Shown here one piece after another: positions 61,796 to 64,000 of a DNA stretch of 64,000 nt. The number at the start of each line of letters is the position of its first letter. Position 1 is the stretch's first letter. The notes under the pieces were generated by a model, which did no database searches, was not told the origin of the DNA, and saw only the letters and a program-made list of their open reading frames with translations. Source of the stretch: Wickerhamiella versatilis (taxonomy: Eukaryota); the NCBI GenBank assembly GCA_030867685.1, contig JAQOWU010000007.1, positions 868,001 through 932,000 on the forward strand. Direction: 5' to 3'. The translations under genes and the position numbers were made by a program.

Positions 61796-63556
61796 CTACC
61801 ATTGACCACTAGACGCCAACTTCGAGTCGTTTGTATAAGACCAACCACCAAACTGCTGCTGAACGCTTTCACTCAAAAAGAAGTCCTTGCCAACAACAGA
61901 GTCCATAGGAACCTCAGAAGTGAATTCTTGATCGAAATTCGACGTGTCGGTAGCAGACGCGACGTTAGGCAAAAATGGAGCTGCATATTTTTTGTTCAGA
62001 AGATACTTCCAGTCAATCTGTGCAAAAAATGGATGTGACTTGATCTCTGATGCGCCATTGACACCAAGTCTCTTCTTTGGATCCCGTTCCAGCAAACCAG
62101 TCAGGAGAGACCGTGCTTCAGGATCCATATCACTTGGAAATGTCAGAGTATCTTGCACAATCTTGTGGTACATAGTATTTGTATCTTGGTCGTAGAACGG
62201 TGGGAGACCCGTCAGCATCTCATAAAACAAGACGCCCAACGTCCACCAGTCAACGACTTTCGTATAACCTTTTCCGAGGAGCAATTCCGGAGCGAGATAC
62301 TCCGGGGTACCACAGAATGTGTTAGTTCTTTCCTCTGTCCCCATGTTAAGCTTGCATAGGCCAAAATCGCACAAAGCGATGTGTCCCGTATAATCTAATA
62401 GAATGTTTTCTGGCTTGAGGTCACGATAGATCACATTGTACTCGTGCAGGCACTCCAGAGCGCACAATAGCTCTGCGGTGTAGAAACGAGATCTATTCAA
62501 GTCGAATCTCCCTTCGCGCTGTAAGTGATGGAAAAGCTCCCCTCCGTTTACAAATGCTAAGACCAGATAGAGCTTCTCAGGACTTTGGAAGGAAAACTTC
62601 AGGGGGACTATAAATGGGTTGTTAATCTTTGCAAGCACAGTGCGCTCCGCGAGAGTATGTCCCACCTCAGACCTGGACACTATATGTGCCTTTCGGATAG
62701 TCTTCAGAGCATAGACCTGTCTAGTATCACTTTTACGAACTTGCATCACCTTTCCAAACGATCCTTTGCCCACAACCTTAAGCAAAGTAAAATCATCGAT
62801 AGACAAGGGCTCATTCTTCGTGTTCTGGGGTTCAAGTTTGATTCTCAGTTTACCACCTGATGACAATGCCACGTTCTCCTTAATACCCCCGCCTGTGGGT
62901 ATTTTTGCTGTGCCTAAAAGAACATCGTAAACCTTTGGCTGATCGGACTTGTCACTACCCAGGAAATTGTCTTTGAAACTTTGACTTCTACTTTTCGACT
63001 CCTTCACACGAACATAGACAGAAATACTCAGTGGGGGCTCAACAGCAGATACATCAAATGCACTGGTTTTATCCCAGACAGGCGTTTCCATGGTTCCTCC
63101 GATTGCATGAAGTAATATCTGGGTCTTATCGTACTCAAGCACCATGTACAATGGAGGAGGGCGAGTTGAACTTGACTTTGGTCCCTGTGTCCATTGGGGT
63201 AACAATTCCCTTATGTCTGAAGGGACATGGAGGCCTTCTATCTCATAAATTTTCACGCGAAGTAAAGAAGGATTCACTGCACGTGAGGTCTGGCGCTTAT
63301 GTGCCTTCGCGGCGGTTACTGTCGATGAAGTAGATCTCGTGGAGCTTTCGGCGCCAGCGCCGTTGCCATGACCATTGCTTTGATCCAAATTTGGTGGCTG
63401 CGAAGCCACAAGTGTATTCGCGCGCGAGCCTTCGCTGTCTTGTGACCCTGAATGTGAAGCTGGAGGATTTTGCGGGGACTGTGACAGTCCTCTTAAGAAA
63501 GAGGGTGACAAATGGGTTTCCCTTAGCTTCTTCGTGAGCTTCCAGGACGACGACAT
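61796..63556 (-). CDS. YPK1: AGC kinase Ypk1/Ypk2 (Gad8)
   Basis: MSSSWKLTKKLRETHL, C2-like region, GKGSFGKVMQVRK, TFCGTPEYLAPE, hydrophobic motif FGGWSY. Confidence 0.94.
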   Translation of the reverse strand: MSSSWKLTKKLRETHLSPSFLRGLSQSPQNPPASHSGSQDSEGSRANTLVASQPPNLDQSNGHGNGAGAESSTRSTSSTVTAAKAHKRQTSRAVNPSLLRVKIYEIEGLHVPSDIRELLPQWTQGPKSSSTRPPPLYMVLEYDKTQILLHAIGGTMETPVWDKTSAFDVSAVEPPLSISVYVRVKESKSRSQSFKDNFLGSDKSDQPKVYDVLLGTAKIPTGGGIKENVALSSGGKLRIKLEPQNTKNEPLSIDDFTLLKVVGKGSFGKVMQVRKSDTRQVYALKTIRKAHIVSRSEVGHTLAERTVLAKINNPFIVPLKFSFQSPEKLYLVLAFVNGGELFHHLQREGRFDLNRSRFYTAELLCALECLHEYNVIYRDLKPENILLDYTGHIALCDFGLCKLNMGTEERTNTFCGTPEYLAPELLLGKGYTKVVDWWTLGVLFYEMLTGLPPFYDQDTNTMYHKIVQDTLTFPSDMDPEARSLLTGLLERDPKKRLGVNGASEIKSHPFFAQIDWKYLLNKKYAAPFLPNVASATDTSNFDQEFTSEVPMDSVVGKDFFLSESVQQQFGGWSYTNDSKLASSGQW

Positions 63557-63673
63557 CACTGTATCCGGTTAGGATTGGAGAGAGGGGCGGGTAATAGGTA
63601 ATATATTGTGTCAGCATCACGGGGTGGACATACCTAACCCCGGTTTAGGCTACATAAACTTCTAAATTTGATA

Positions 63674-64000
63674 TCAAGCTAGAAGGAATTGTAATAAAGC
63701 GTCTGGGACGTGTTCATTGTTTTTCTTCAGAAGATTGGCATATCTCGACATTGTTTCCCTAAAATGAGGAAATTTATACTCCATGCCAACATTTGTACGT
63801 TGTTCCATGGCGTCAACAACTATTTGAGCATCAGTGCTTGATGCCATTAAAAAGTTCCCGCCAAATACCACGGTATCCTCTGGTGTATATACTGCATGGA
63901 TCCATCCCGCAGGTATCAACAATGTGTCCCCCGGTCCTAAACTTACGATTGACAACCCCTGTGCCAAAGATGGAAACCATGTATAGGATTGTGCAGGGCT
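63674..64000 (-). CDS. JHD1: 3' end of a JmjC histone demethylase (Jhd1/KDM2-like), truncated by the window edge
   Basis: GDTLLIPAGWIHAVYTPEDTVVFGGNFL...KFPHF; the frame stays open to base 64000. Confidence 0.82.
   Translation of the reverse strand, partial: SPAQSYTWFPSLAQGLSIVSLGPGDTLLIPAGWIHAVYTPEDTVVFGGNFLMASSTDAQIVVDAMEQRTNVGMEYKFPHFRETMSRYANLLKKNNEHVPDALLQFLLA

Overview
This is eukaryotic DNA: a very compact, intron-poor budding-yeast (Saccharomycotina) chromosome segment with about 47 protein-coding genes, mostly conserved housekeeping genes. Intergenic gaps are often under 100 bp, and only one clear intron is visible (46 nt, in an ECM1/ALB1-like gene missed by the ORF track). The compactness and a bacterial-type gene fit a Wickerhamiella/Starmerella-like yeast, but that assignment is inference. 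No tRNA, rRNA, transposon or CRISPR array could be supported. Highlights: (1) an Old Yellow Enzyme resembling alphaproteobacterial (Zymomonas NCR-type) ene-reductases, a likely horizontal transfer, which ends in a peroxisomal SKL signal; (2) a 665-aa protein that looks like a degenerate RNase II/Dss1-family member; (3) a TGACT(A/C)A motif within about 20 bp of many start codons; (4) several gene neighbourhoods matching S. cerevisiae gene order, which exposes probable insertions such as an 84-aa orphan between ATG4 and SQS1; (5) a cluster of Ace2-type sites upstream of DSE1. Gene identities come from recalled family motifs, not from database searches.
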